Shown in pieces: positions 15,391 through 23,929 of a stretch of 64,000 nucleotides of DNA; position 1 is the first letter of the stretch; every line of letters begins with the position of its first letter. The position numbers were made by a program, and so were the translations under genes. Under the pieces are notes generated by a model. That model was not told the DNA's origin, made no database searches, and worked only from the letters and a program-made list of their open reading frames with translations. The DNA comes from Vicinamibacteria bacterium (GTDB lineage: Bacteria; Acidobacteriota; Vicinamibacteria; Vicinamibacterales; JAENWD01): positions 514,473 to 578,472 of the forward strand of contig CAVUPP010000011.1 of NCBI GenBank assembly GCA_963743245.1. Reading direction: 5' to 3'.

Positions 15391-17540
15391 CAGCTCGTCC
15401 TGATGAGACGGGCATACGCCCCGTCTTTCGCGACCAGCGCGTCGTGCGTCCCGCGCTCCACGACGACGCCTCGCTCGAGCACGATGATCTCGTCGCAATC
15501 TCTGATCGTGCTGAGCCGATGAGCGACTACGAGACAGGTGCACCGGCGCCGGCGGATGGCGTCGATCACGCGTTGCTCGGTGAGCGAATCGAGCGCACTC
15601 GTCGCCTCGTCGAGCACGAGGATGCGGGGATTCCGGGTGAGGGCGCGCGCGATTTCCAGCCGCTGGCGTTGTCCGCCGCTGAAGTTCCGGCCCTGCTCCT
15701 CGATCTGATGGCCGTAGCCTGAGGGGTACTCCAGGATGTCGTCGTGGATGCAGGCGTCCCTGGCGGCCTGGATGACATCGGCCTCGTCGATGCGCTCGTC
15801 CCACAGCGTGAGATTGTCGCGAATCGTGCCTTCGAAGAGCGTGATGTCTTGATCGACCAGCGCGATGGATCGTGACACGCGGCTGCGCGGCACCTGGCTG
15901 CGCGGTTGGCCGTCGAACAGCACGTCGCCCTCCCACACCTTGTACAAGCCAGTCACAAGCCGCGCGAGCGTCGACTTGCCGCTGCCCGACTCTCCAACGA
16001 GCGCCACCTGCTGTCCTGCCTTCACCGCAAGGTTGAAGTCAGTGATTAGCGGCGGATCCAGGCGGCTGTACCCGAACGTCACACCGCGTACGTCCACGGC
16101 GCCTTGCAGCGGTTCGATGGGTTCTGCCGCATCCGCCGAAGGTCTGGCCAACGGATCCCGTGGATACCGCAGGACATCATCGAGACGCGTGAGGTCGCCG
16201 CCGGCCTCCTGCAGCGCTCCTCCCAGCAACACCAGCCGATTGGCCGGGTCGATGAAGCTCTGCATCAAGCTCTGAAACGCAATCAACATCCCCATCGTCA
16301 GGACGCCATCGATGATCCGGACGCTGCCGATGCCGACAATGACCGCGGCGTTGAGGGATGTGAGGAGCGGCGGCACGGCCGACAGATACTCGGCGACGGC
16401 TCCCAGGTGACCTTCCGAGGTCACCACTTTGGCGTGATAGCCGGCCCATGTGCTGAAGAACTCCGATTCAGCGCCGGAGGCTTTGAGCGTCTCGAGCGTC
16501 TGCAGGCCAGCCATCGACGCGCCGACCAACTTGCCGCGCTCTTGCAGCAGGCGCAGGCTCGTGTCGCGCCGCCGGCGGGCCAGCAGCCGCAGAACAACGA
16601 GATTCGTCAGGGCAACGGCGACGCCGATCGCTGTGAGCATCGGGTCGTACCGGAACATCAGGGCGGCGAAGAATCCCACCATGGCGATGTTGACCAGGCT
16701 GGTCGCGAGATCGCCTGACAGCAGGACGGCGACACTGTCGTTGATCTCGACGCGTGACACGAGATCGCCACCGAAGCGCTGCGCGAAGAACTCGACGGGC
16801 AGCTGCAACAGGTGCCAGAAGAACCGTCGCGATCCGTCAACCGCGAGTTTGAGCTCCAGTCGCAGCAATCCCCGCTGTTGCAGGTAGGTCAGTGCTCCTC
16901 GCGCGATGGCGGTCACGACCATGGCCGCGACGAGCGGCGTCAACCAGGCTGGCGCACCGGGAACCAGGATGTGGTCGATGAAGATGCGTGAGAACGCCGG
17001 CACCAGCAAGCCCGGCAGGACCAGCGCCAGCGTCGCGAGCGCGAGAAACGCGAGTGCTGCGCGGCTGCCCGGCAGCCGGCTGGCGAGTGATCGCAGCACC
17101 GAGGGCTTGGCGCCGCCGGGCGCGAATGCAGGTCCACGTTCGAAGCCCAGGACCACGCCCGTGAACGATTCGTCGAACTCGCGATCCGGCACTGCTCGCG
17201 GACCAAACGCCGGGTCGTTGATATAGGCGAGGCCGGCGCCGAAGCCTTCGACCACGACGAAGTGGTTGAAGTTCCAGAACGCAATCATTGGGGCGGGGAA
17301 GTCCCGCAGCTGGTCGGCGTCCTTCGAATATCCCTTGCAGAGCAGGCCGAACGAGCGTGCAGCCTTGACGATGTTCAGGGCCTTGCTGCCATCGCGCGAG
17401 ACGCCGCAGGCCACGCGAAGCTCTTCGAGCGGCACGAACCGTCCGAAGTAGCCGAGCACCATTCCCAAGGCGGCGGCCCCACATTCGGCCGCCTCCATCT
17501 GTATGACGGTGGGCGTGCGCGCGCGCTGACGCTTCGGCAC
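15390..17540 (-). CDS. lanT: bifunctional C39-peptidase / ABC exporter (LanT/AMS type; NHLM peptidase/ATP-binding protein)
   Basis: 716 aa. The N-terminal C39 domain has the Cys in VIQMEAAECGAAALGMVL and the His in FWNFNHFVVVEG. 6 TM. Walker A GESGSGKST, FSGGQRQR, ILVLDEATSALD. Confidence 0.95.
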   Translation of the reverse strand: MPKRQRARTPTVIQMEAAECGAAALGMVLGYFGRFVPLEELRVACGVSRDGSKALNIVKAARSFGLLCKGYSKDADQLRDFPAPMIAFWNFNHFVVVEGFGAGLAYINDPAFGPRAVPDREFDESFTGVVLGFERGPAFAPGGAKPSVLRSLASRLPGSRAALAFLALATLALVLPGLLVPAFSRIFIDHILVPGAPAWLTPLVAAMVVTAIARGALTYLQQRGLLRLELKLAVDGSRRFFWHLLQLPVEFFAQRFGGDLVSRVEINDSVAVLLSGDLATSLVNIAMVGFFAALMFRYDPMLTAIGVAVALTNLVVLRLLARRRRDTSLRLLQERGKLVGASMAGLQTLETLKASGAESEFFSTWAGYHAKVVTSEGHLGAVAEYLSAVPPLLTSLNAAVIVGIGSVRIIDGVLTMGMLIAFQSLMQSFIDPANRLVLLGGALQEAGGDLTRLDDVLRYPRDPLARPSADAAEPIEPLQGAVDVRGVTFGYSRLDPPLITDFNLAVKAGQQVALVGESGSGKSTLARLVTGLYKVWEGDVLFDGQPRSQVPRSRVSRSIALVDQDITLFEGTIRDNLTLWDERIDEADVIQAARDACIHDDILEYPSGYGHQIEEQGRNFSGGQRQRLEIARALTRNPRILVLDEATSALDSLTEQRVIDAIRRRRCTCLVVAHRLSTIRDCDEIIVLERGVVVERGTHDALVAKDGAYARLIRTS

Positions 17541-17543
17541 GAG

Positions 17544-18359
17544 CTACCTCGATGGCGGGGCGTCAAGACCGGGAACGACGAGGCTCAACGGACGCTGCTC
17601 GCGGATCACGATCTCGGCATGGCAGGGCACTGTCTGCGCCGGCAGCGTCGCGTCGCGGCTCACGAGGGCGTACACCGCGATGCGCGGTTCTGCCCCGCGT
17701 TGAGCGCCGTCTACGATTCCAGGTGCTGTTGCAACGAACTCGACCCGTGCTGCCAGCACGTGCGCGTCCTCACCGGCGCCGACGCGAATCGTTACGGACA
17801 TCCCGCGTCGCACCTGTTGCGCCCGTGCGGGTTCGAGATACAGCACGGCCTCCGGCCGATCGTGCTCGGGGCGCAGCGTGACGATCGGGCTTCCGGCTGG
17901 AACGGTCGCCCCCACCGACACCGCCACGCGATCCACGCGTCCGGTGTAGGGACTGACCACTCCTCCCAACGAGTCCAACTGCTGCCCGAGGAGCGCGAGC
18001 TCTTTCGGGTTCGTTCGCGCCGCTTGCAACCGATCGAGGAGCTGAGGCGTCGCGACGATGGCAATGACCTGCCCGGCGGCGACGCGGTCGCCGATCCCGG
18101 CGCGAAGGTCCGAGACCTGGCCTGCGAGGGGCGAGGGAATGGACCGGACGCCGCCTGACGCGACCAGGATGCCGGATGCCTCGACCGTGGTGGTGATACG
18201 CCCCCAGTAACCCCACCCGAGAGCGGCACCAAGACAGAGCAGCAGGGCAGTCAACGCGAGCCACGTGCGAGGCGCCGTGACCCGAAGGAGCTGATCGAGC
18301 TGCTCGGGCGACGACATGCGGTCGAGGGCCGCCTTCCGGAAAATCCGGTTTGCATCCAT
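17544..18359 (-). CDS. HlyD-family secretion adaptor (NHLM bacteriocin secretion protein type)
   Basis: ORF 17544..18398; the likely start is ATG 18359 (MDANRIFRKAALDRMSSPEQLDQLLRV..). Single TM LALTALLLCLGAALGW, then a lipoyl/beta-barrel region. A 3-nt gap separates it from the next gene. Confidence 0.85.
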   Translation of the reverse strand: MDANRIFRKAALDRMSSPEQLDQLLRVTAPRTWLALTALLLCLGAALGWGYWGRITTTVEASGILVASGGVRSIPSPLAGQVSDLRAGIGDRVAAGQVIAIVATPQLLDRLQAARTNPKELALLGQQLDSLGGVVSPYTGRVDRVAVSVGATVPAGSPIVTLRPEHDRPEAVLYLEPARAQQVRRGMSVTIRVGAGEDAHVLAARVEFVATAPGIVDGAQRGAEPRIAVYALVSRDATLPAQTVPCHAEIVIREQRPLSLVVPGLDAPPSR

Positions 18360-18468
18360 CGTTCGTCCGGGCGCGGCAGCGGGAAGAGGCCGTCCCACCG
18401 CGAATCGCGGAGGAGCTTATCCGGCGCCCTGCGCCCACGCAAGGCATCCGCGAGTTGATTGATGTACC

Positions 18469-20700
18469 GTGATGCGCATGCCCGGCTCACCTCGTCGCTC
18501 CCGCGCGGCCGTTCTCGCTGTCGCGGCTGCATGGATCGTTGTGGCCATGGCGGCCCGCATCGTGACACGCGCCCAGGAGCCGCGTCCGGCACCGGTGCCG
18601 GGTCCGCCCGTGGCGCGTCAGGACAACGTTCGGGAAACACTTCATGGCGTCGAGCTCGTGGACCCCTACCGCTGGCTCGAAGACCAGCAGGCTCCCGACA
18701 CGCGCGCCTTCATCGATCATCAGAATCAGTACGCGCACAGTCTGCTCGATTCGCTTCCCGGCCTCGCGGCCATTCGGTCGCGTCTCGCGGCATTGATGCG
18801 GCGGGACACCCAGGGGGCGCCGATCGAGCGCGCCGGCCGCTACTTCACGCTACGGCGTGGTGCGGACGATCCCCTGCCGATCCTCTACGTCCGAGATCGC
18901 CGTGATGGCACGGACGCCATCCTGCTGGACCCGCGGCCGTTGAGCGCCGACCACACGACCAGCCTGTCGCTGGAAGACATCGCCATGAACGGCCGTGTGC
19001 TGGTCTACGGCGTCCGGACTGGCGGTGAAGACGAAACCGAGCTCCGTGTGAAGGATGTGGACGCGCGACAGGACCTGCCCGACCGCCTGCCGCGCGCCCT
19101 GTATCGCGGTGTCACCCTCCAGCCGGATGGCAAGGCGTTCTATTACGCCCGGCAGGATCGCGCGACCGGAATCCGGATCCATCGCCACGTGCTGGGGACG
19201 CCGATCGATCGGGACGACGAGATCTTCGGCAAGGGATTCGGGCCGAGCGACTGGATCGACGCGCGCGTGTCAGAAAACGGGCGTCATATCGTGTTCACCG
19301 TGGCGCACGGGTGGGCCAGCACCGAGGTCTTCGTGCAGTCGCTCGACCCTTCGGCCCCACTCTCCGACCCAGCGCCTCCTGGTGTCGAGTCCCGGGCAGT
19401 GCCTGTCGTCCGCGGGATCGACGCCCATGTGACTGCGCAATTCGCTGGCGACCGGCTGATCGCACAGACCGATTGGCACGCGCCGCTGGGGCGGATCGTG
19501 GAGATCGATCTGTCGGATCCCTCACCGGACAAGTGGCGCGGCATCGTGCCATCGGGTCAGGATGCGCTCGATGCCTACGCGCTCGTTGGCGGACGCCTGG
19601 TCGTCCAACGCCTGCACGACGTGACGGCCCGCCTCGATGTGTACGGACTGGATGGCACGCCGCAAGGCGAAATCGCACTGCCCACGCGCGGGACGGTCAG
19701 GAACCTGTCCGGCCGCTGGGACGCGGACGAGCTCTTCTTCGACTTCGAGTCGTACACCACACCCGGATCGACGTACCGGGCGACGGTGGCGCAGCGGACC
19801 ACGGCACCGTTCTGGCGCCCGGTGATTCCCTTTGACCCTGCGCGCTACGAGACGAAGCAGGTCTGGTTCCCCTCCAAAGATGGCACCAGGGTCCCGATGT
19901 TCGTCGTGCACCGTGTCGGGCTGGAACTGAACGGCCACCAACCCACGCTGTTGTACGGCTACGGCGGCTTCGCCGTGAACATCACGCCCTGGTTCTCGGC
20001 GGACGTGGCGTGGTGGCTCGAACAGGGTGGAGTGTTTGCGGTCGCGAATCTACGGGGCGGGAATGAGTTTGGCGAGTCGTGGCACCGAGCCGGCATGCTG
20101 GAGCACAAGCAGCACGTCTTCGACGATTTCATCGCTGCCGCATCGTGGCTCGTCGATCAGCACTACACCGCGCCGGACCGCCTCGCTATTCGCGGTGCCA
20201 GCAATGGCGGTCTCCTGATGGGGGCCGTGCTGACCCAGCGGCCCGACTTGTTCCGCGCGGTGCTCTGCGAGTTTCCGGACCTCGACATGGTGGGGTACTG
20301 GCGGTTTCCCAACAACAATCCGCCGGCGTTGCTGGAGTACGGCGACGCGTCCAAGCCCGATCAGTTCAGGTATCTCCTCGCGTACTCACCGTATCAGCAC
20401 GTCACGCCCGGCACGAAGTATCCCGCGGTCCTGCTGATGACCGGAGATGCCGACACGCGCGTGCCGCCGCTGCAGGCCCGCAAGATGACGGCACGCCTCC
20501 AGGCCGCCTCTACATCGGGCCGCCCCATCCTGTTGCTGTACGACACGAAGGCCGGCCACGCAGGGGGCCGACCGATCGAGAAGCTCGTCGAGGATCAATC
20601 CCTCGAGCTCGCGTTTCTCTCGTGGCAGCTCGACATGGGCACGGGACCGGCTCGCGCGGCCCAGACGGATCGGGTCGGGGCGCGTCCCGTGGCGCGCTAG
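18469..20700 (+). CDS. prolyl oligopeptidase (S9A family), signal-anchored
   Basis: 743 aa. N-terminal ..LHGVELVDPYRWLED.. Catalytic elbow IRGASNGGLLMG; ..LLMTGDADTRVPP.. and ..KAGHAGG.. Hydrophobic N-terminus AAVLAVAAAWIVVAMAA. Start could be 18469, 18472 or 18478. Confidence 0.9.
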   Translation: MMRMPGSPRRSRAAVLAVAAAWIVVAMAARIVTRAQEPRPAPVPGPPVARQDNVRETLHGVELVDPYRWLEDQQAPDTRAFIDHQNQYAHSLLDSLPGLAAIRSRLAALMRRDTQGAPIERAGRYFTLRRGADDPLPILYVRDRRDGTDAILLDPRPLSADHTTSLSLEDIAMNGRVLVYGVRTGGEDETELRVKDVDARQDLPDRLPRALYRGVTLQPDGKAFYYARQDRATGIRIHRHVLGTPIDRDDEIFGKGFGPSDWIDARVSENGRHIVFTVAHGWASTEVFVQSLDPSAPLSDPAPPGVESRAVPVVRGIDAHVTAQFAGDRLIAQTDWHAPLGRIVEIDLSDPSPDKWRGIVPSGQDALDAYALVGGRLVVQRLHDVTARLDVYGLDGTPQGEIALPTRGTVRNLSGRWDADELFFDFESYTTPGSTYRATVAQRTTAPFWRPVIPFDPARYETKQVWFPSKDGTRVPMFVVHRVGLELNGHQPTLLYGYGGFAVNITPWFSADVAWWLEQGGVFAVANLRGGNEFGESWHRAGMLEHKQHVFDDFIAAASWLVDQHYTAPDRLAIRGASNGGLLMGAVLTQRPDLFRAVLCEFPDLDMVGYWRFPNNNPPALLEYGDASKPDQFRYLLAYSPYQHVTPGTKYPAVLLMTGDADTRVPPLQARKMTARLQAASTSGRPILLLYDTKAGHAGGRPIEKLVEDQSLELAFLSWQLDMGTGPARAAQTDRVGARPVAR

Positions 20701-20709
20701 TGAGGCCTA

Positions 20710-21760
20710 CTAGTGACCGCCCAGAAAATCGTTGATCACCTTCACATACAACGAGGGCTGGTCCACGAACGTCATGTGTCCTGACTGGGGGATCACGCTC
20801 AGCGTGGATCCCTTGATGGCCTTCTGCATGGCCTCTGCGACCGACGGCGCGACCTGGTCGTGATCGCCGACGGTGATGAGCGTTGGCACCGTAATCGAGT
20901 GCAGGCGATCGGCGTATTCGACCGACGTGAGATTGCCATCGACGACGAACTCGCCGTGCGAGCCCCACATTTCCCGATAGAGGTCCCACGACATGTCCAA
21001 TGAACTGGCCGGATCGTAGGCGGGATCCGGCCGGCGCTGATAGAGATAGGGAAAATAGCCCTCGCCCCACGCAGCCGCCATGTACCTCGCCGGAGTACCG
21101 GCCCCGTTCCCACGGCTTGCCGTGCCCATAGAGCCCAGCCTTCTCCATGGTCTCGATGCGAGCGCGCAGCTCCGGCGTCATGTGGGCCTTCATCTGCCGA
21201 AACACGTCGTTCAGGGCACGTGTGCTGTGAAACGTGCTGGCCAGGACGAGGTGCGACAGGTTCGCCTGGTACTTGAATGCGTAGGCCTGTGCCAGCACGC
21301 CGCCGAACGAGTGTCCGATCAGGTCGATGCGTCCCAGGTCGAGCGCCTGCCTGACCGCCTCGACGTCTTCGACCATGGCTTCGACGGTGTATCCGGCCGG
21401 GTCCTCGAGCTTTTCCGACTTGCCCGATCCGCGTTCGTCGATGAAGACCACACGGTGCGTGCGCGCCAATGGCAGCAGGTACGGGAGGAAGTAGTCGTGA
21501 GAGGCGCCGGGCCCACCGTGCAGAATCACCAGCGGTGTGCCGTTGCCCAGGACCTCGTAGTAGATGAGGACGCCGTGGGCGTCTACGAAACCGGACTCGA
21601 GTTTCAGGACCGACCCGGGCGGGCGTGGTGCCGCGGACGCGGACGGCTCGGGCGACGCGACCGGTTCCGCCGGCTTCGAGGTACATGCCGCACTGACTGC
21701 GATGCTCAGGATCAGGGCCGGGCAGACTGACCGCATTTCGCGCTCCTTCAGAGAGGGCAC
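20710..21760 (-). pseudogene. alpha/beta hydrolase (proline iminopeptidase-like, S33), lipoprotein signal; one frame break
   Basis: The N-terminal 2/3 is in ORF 20510..21760 (..LVILHGGPGASHDYF.., nucleophile elbow LIGHSFGG). The C-terminal 1/3 is in ORF 20710..21129 (..AWGEGYFPYLYQ.., ..ITVGDHDQV.., ..QSGHMTFVDQP..). The frames join at ~21091-21100 (..GKPWERGRY|PARYMAAAW..). Confidence 0.8.
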
Positions 21761-21879
21761 TCACATGACATGCGTGGGACGCGCGATTCTATCGCGCGGC
21801 AGCTGCCATGGAGACGCAATTCCCTTGTGTCACGCGTGTCCGGCGGCTATAGTCCCGCGCCAGCCTCGAGTGGTGATTC

Positions 21880-22989
21880 ATGGGTCGCCTCTCTCTTTCG
21901 TCGATCGCACCTCGCCTGCACACGCCACCGTGCGTGCTGCTCGTTGTCCTGTGCGTCGCGTCTCTCCTGGATAGCGCTGCACTTGCGCAGGGCCGGCGCA
22001 AAGTCATCATCGACCAGGACGGTGCGGGGCCTGGCGGCACCGACATGCAGGCCATCGCGGCGATCGTGAACTCGCCGGCTGCCGAGGTGCTGGGCATCTG
22101 CGTCCTCACCGGCGACGCATGGCGGGACGAAGAAGTCCAGCACACGCTGCGGTTGTTGGAGGTCCTGGGGCGGACCGACATCCCTGTGCTGCCGGGCGCG
22201 GTGTTCCCGCTCCTCAACAACAAGGAGTTCATCGCCCGGTGGGAGACCCTGTACGGCAAGGTGCCGTATCAGGGAGCGTGGAACTACGGCCGGCCGACCG
22301 TGCACGGACCGTACGAGGTCCCGCCGCTCGCCGAAGGCCAGCCGACGACCAAACCGTCGGCCGAGTCGGCCGCGGCGTTCCTCGTGCGCACGGTGCGCCA
22401 GTTCCCTCACGAGGTCACGGTGTACACCGCTGGCCCGATGACCAACCTCGCGCTCGCTGCCGGCCTGGACCCTCAGTTTCCCGAGCTGACCAACGAGCTG
22501 GTGGTGATGGGCGGCAGCATTCGTCCGGTGACCGACGATCCGCAGTTCGGTCCTTCAGCCCGCCGTGAGTTCAACTTCTGGATGGATCCCGAAGCCGCGC
22601 ATATGGTGCTGCATGCCCGCTGGCCACGGGTGACGCTGACTACCGTCGATATCTCAGTGAAGACGCGAATGGACAAGCGTCTCATCGCCGAGCTGACGCG
22701 CGCGTCGACACCGGGCGCGCAATACCTCGCGAAGTACGCCGAGGAGAGTTATCTGTGGGACGAGATCGCCGCCGTCGCGTGGCTGGATCCAAGCCTGATC
22801 ACAAAGACACGCCGCCTCTACGTCGACGTGGATGTGGATCATGGCGCCGGATACGGTGAGACCCTCGCCTGGGAGCCCGGACACCAACCGGGCCTGGGCG
22901 AGCAGCTCGTGGACGTGCAGGAGGATCTGGACCGGGAGCGCTTCTATCGCACGTTCGTGGAGCTGCTCTCACGTCCAGCGTCGCGGTGA
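21880..22989 (+). CDS. inosine/uridine-preferring nucleoside hydrolase family protein, secreted
   Basis: 369 aa. Signal peptide, then KVIIDQDGAGPGGTDMQAI (the Asp cluster of IUNH) and ..VTVYTAGPMTNLALA.. Confidence 0.85.
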   Translation: MGRLSLSSIAPRLHTPPCVLLVVLCVASLLDSAALAQGRRKVIIDQDGAGPGGTDMQAIAAIVNSPAAEVLGICVLTGDAWRDEEVQHTLRLLEVLGRTDIPVLPGAVFPLLNNKEFIARWETLYGKVPYQGAWNYGRPTVHGPYEVPPLAEGQPTTKPSAESAAAFLVRTVRQFPHEVTVYTAGPMTNLALAAGLDPQFPELTNELVVMGGSIRPVTDDPQFGPSARREFNFWMDPEAAHMVLHARWPRVTLTTVDISVKTRMDKRLIAELTRASTPGAQYLAKYAEESYLWDEIAAVAWLDPSLITKTRRLYVDVDVDHGAGYGETLAWEPGHQPGLGEQLVDVQEDLDRERFYRTFVELLSRPASR

Positions 22990-23010
22990 TCACCCGGCGC
23001 TACCGCTGAT

Positions 23011-23433
23011 CTACACCGCCGATCCTGGTGGCTTGGCGGCACCACCCGGCTGGGACGGGGGAGGGGCGGCGACGTCTTTGCCCAACAGGAGCCGATCGAT
23101 CAGGAAGTGGACCAGCTGTCGATCGTAGACGGTATCCGTGCTGGAGTACTGATTCGGATCGCGATTGACCCACGAGTCGGTGACACGAACGCCGCCTGGC
23201 GATCCATCGAGCCGCAACGCGTAGATGTGAAAACCGGTCCAACTGCGATGGAAGTGCAGCCATCCCTCGTCAAAGTACACGAACCACTTGTCGTCCATCT
23301 CCGCGGGGATGAGGCCCAGCATCAGGCGCTCGGCCTCGGCATCCGTGAACACCGCATCGAGAGCGAGCGATTCCCGCTTTGACGGCGAAGGACTGATCCT
23401 CCAGGACGATTGCGTGGCACGTTTCTTCGCCAT
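23011..23433 (-). CDS. hypothetical protein
   Basis: ORF 23011..23613 trimmed to ATG 23433 (MAKKRATQSSW..). The segment ..MDDKWFVYFDEGWLHFHRSWTGFHIYALRL.. looks like a real globular domain. No family assigned. Confidence 0.5.
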   Translation of the reverse strand: MAKKRATQSSWRISPSPSKRESLALDAVFTDAEAERLMLGLIPAEMDDKWFVYFDEGWLHFHRSWTGFHIYALRLDGSPGGVRVTDSWVNRDPNQYSSTDTVYDRQLVHFLIDRLLLGKDVAAPPPSQPGGAAKPPGSAV

Positions 23434-23528
23434 GGCCTGACCGTGGAGTCGGAAAGAGGAGGTTAATCGAGCCTCATCATCGCGCCCACGGTCGACCTCC
23501 GCAAGTGACGGACAACCGTCTGGCCAAC

Positions 23529-23549
23529 TATATCGATATACGGTATAGT
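23529..23549 (+). promoter_or_regulatory. AT-rich palindromic operator/promoter candidate upstream of padR
   Basis: 12-nt perfect palindrome TATATCGATATA (23529-23540) overlaps TATAC-G-GTATA (23537-23547) and a TATAGT -10-like hexamer (23544-23549). It sits 15 nt before the padR ATG in otherwise GC-rich DNA. Confidence 0.35.
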
Positions 23550-23563
23550 GATCGTCGATACAG

Positions 23564-23929
23564 ATGACCACGCCACACGACGCCGACATCGACGCCCTGC
23601 TGCCGCTGCCCACGGCTGTCTTTCACATCCTCGTGGCACTGGCAGACCGGGACCGGCACGGCTACTCGATCATGCAGGACGTCGCGCACCGGACCGACGG
23701 CAAGGTGAGACTGAGCGCCGGCACGCTGTACAGCGCCATCCGCCGCATGCTCGAGCAGGGCCTGATCGAGGAACTGCGGACCAGTCCCGATCCTGCAAGC
23801 GACGATGAGCGCCGTCGCTACTATCGATTGACGGATGTCGGCCGCGCCGCCGCAGCGGCGGAAGCGCGCCGGATCAGCGATCTTTTGAGTCAGGCCCGGG
23901 CCACGGGCCTGATTCCCCGCCGCCTGTGA
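23564..23929 (+). CDS. PadR family transcriptional regulator
   Basis: 121 aa. Winged HTH ..FHILVALADRDRHGYSIMQDVAHRTDGKVRLSAGTLYSAIRRMLEQGLIE..RRRYYRLT.. Confidence 0.9.
   Translation: MTTPHDADIDALLPLPTAVFHILVALADRDRHGYSIMQDVAHRTDGKVRLSAGTLYSAIRRMLEQGLIEELRTSPDPASDDERRRYYRLTDVGRAAAAAEARRISDLLSQARATGLIPRRL

Noticed and set aside
13288-15936. 882-aa version of the second ABC transporter, and the 313-aa version of the cNMP protein (12737..13678)
   Set aside because: The N-terminal extensions are Arg/His/Pro-rich noise overlapping the upstream gene. Internal starts at 15390 and 13273 give canonical family N-termini with tight gene junctions.
20510-21760. 416-aa hydrolase ORF read straight through
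   Set aside because: After about residue 215 the text becomes Arg/Gly noise. The genuine C-terminal third of the alpha/beta fold is in the neighbouring frame (20710..21129), so it is a frame-broken gene rather than a longer protein.
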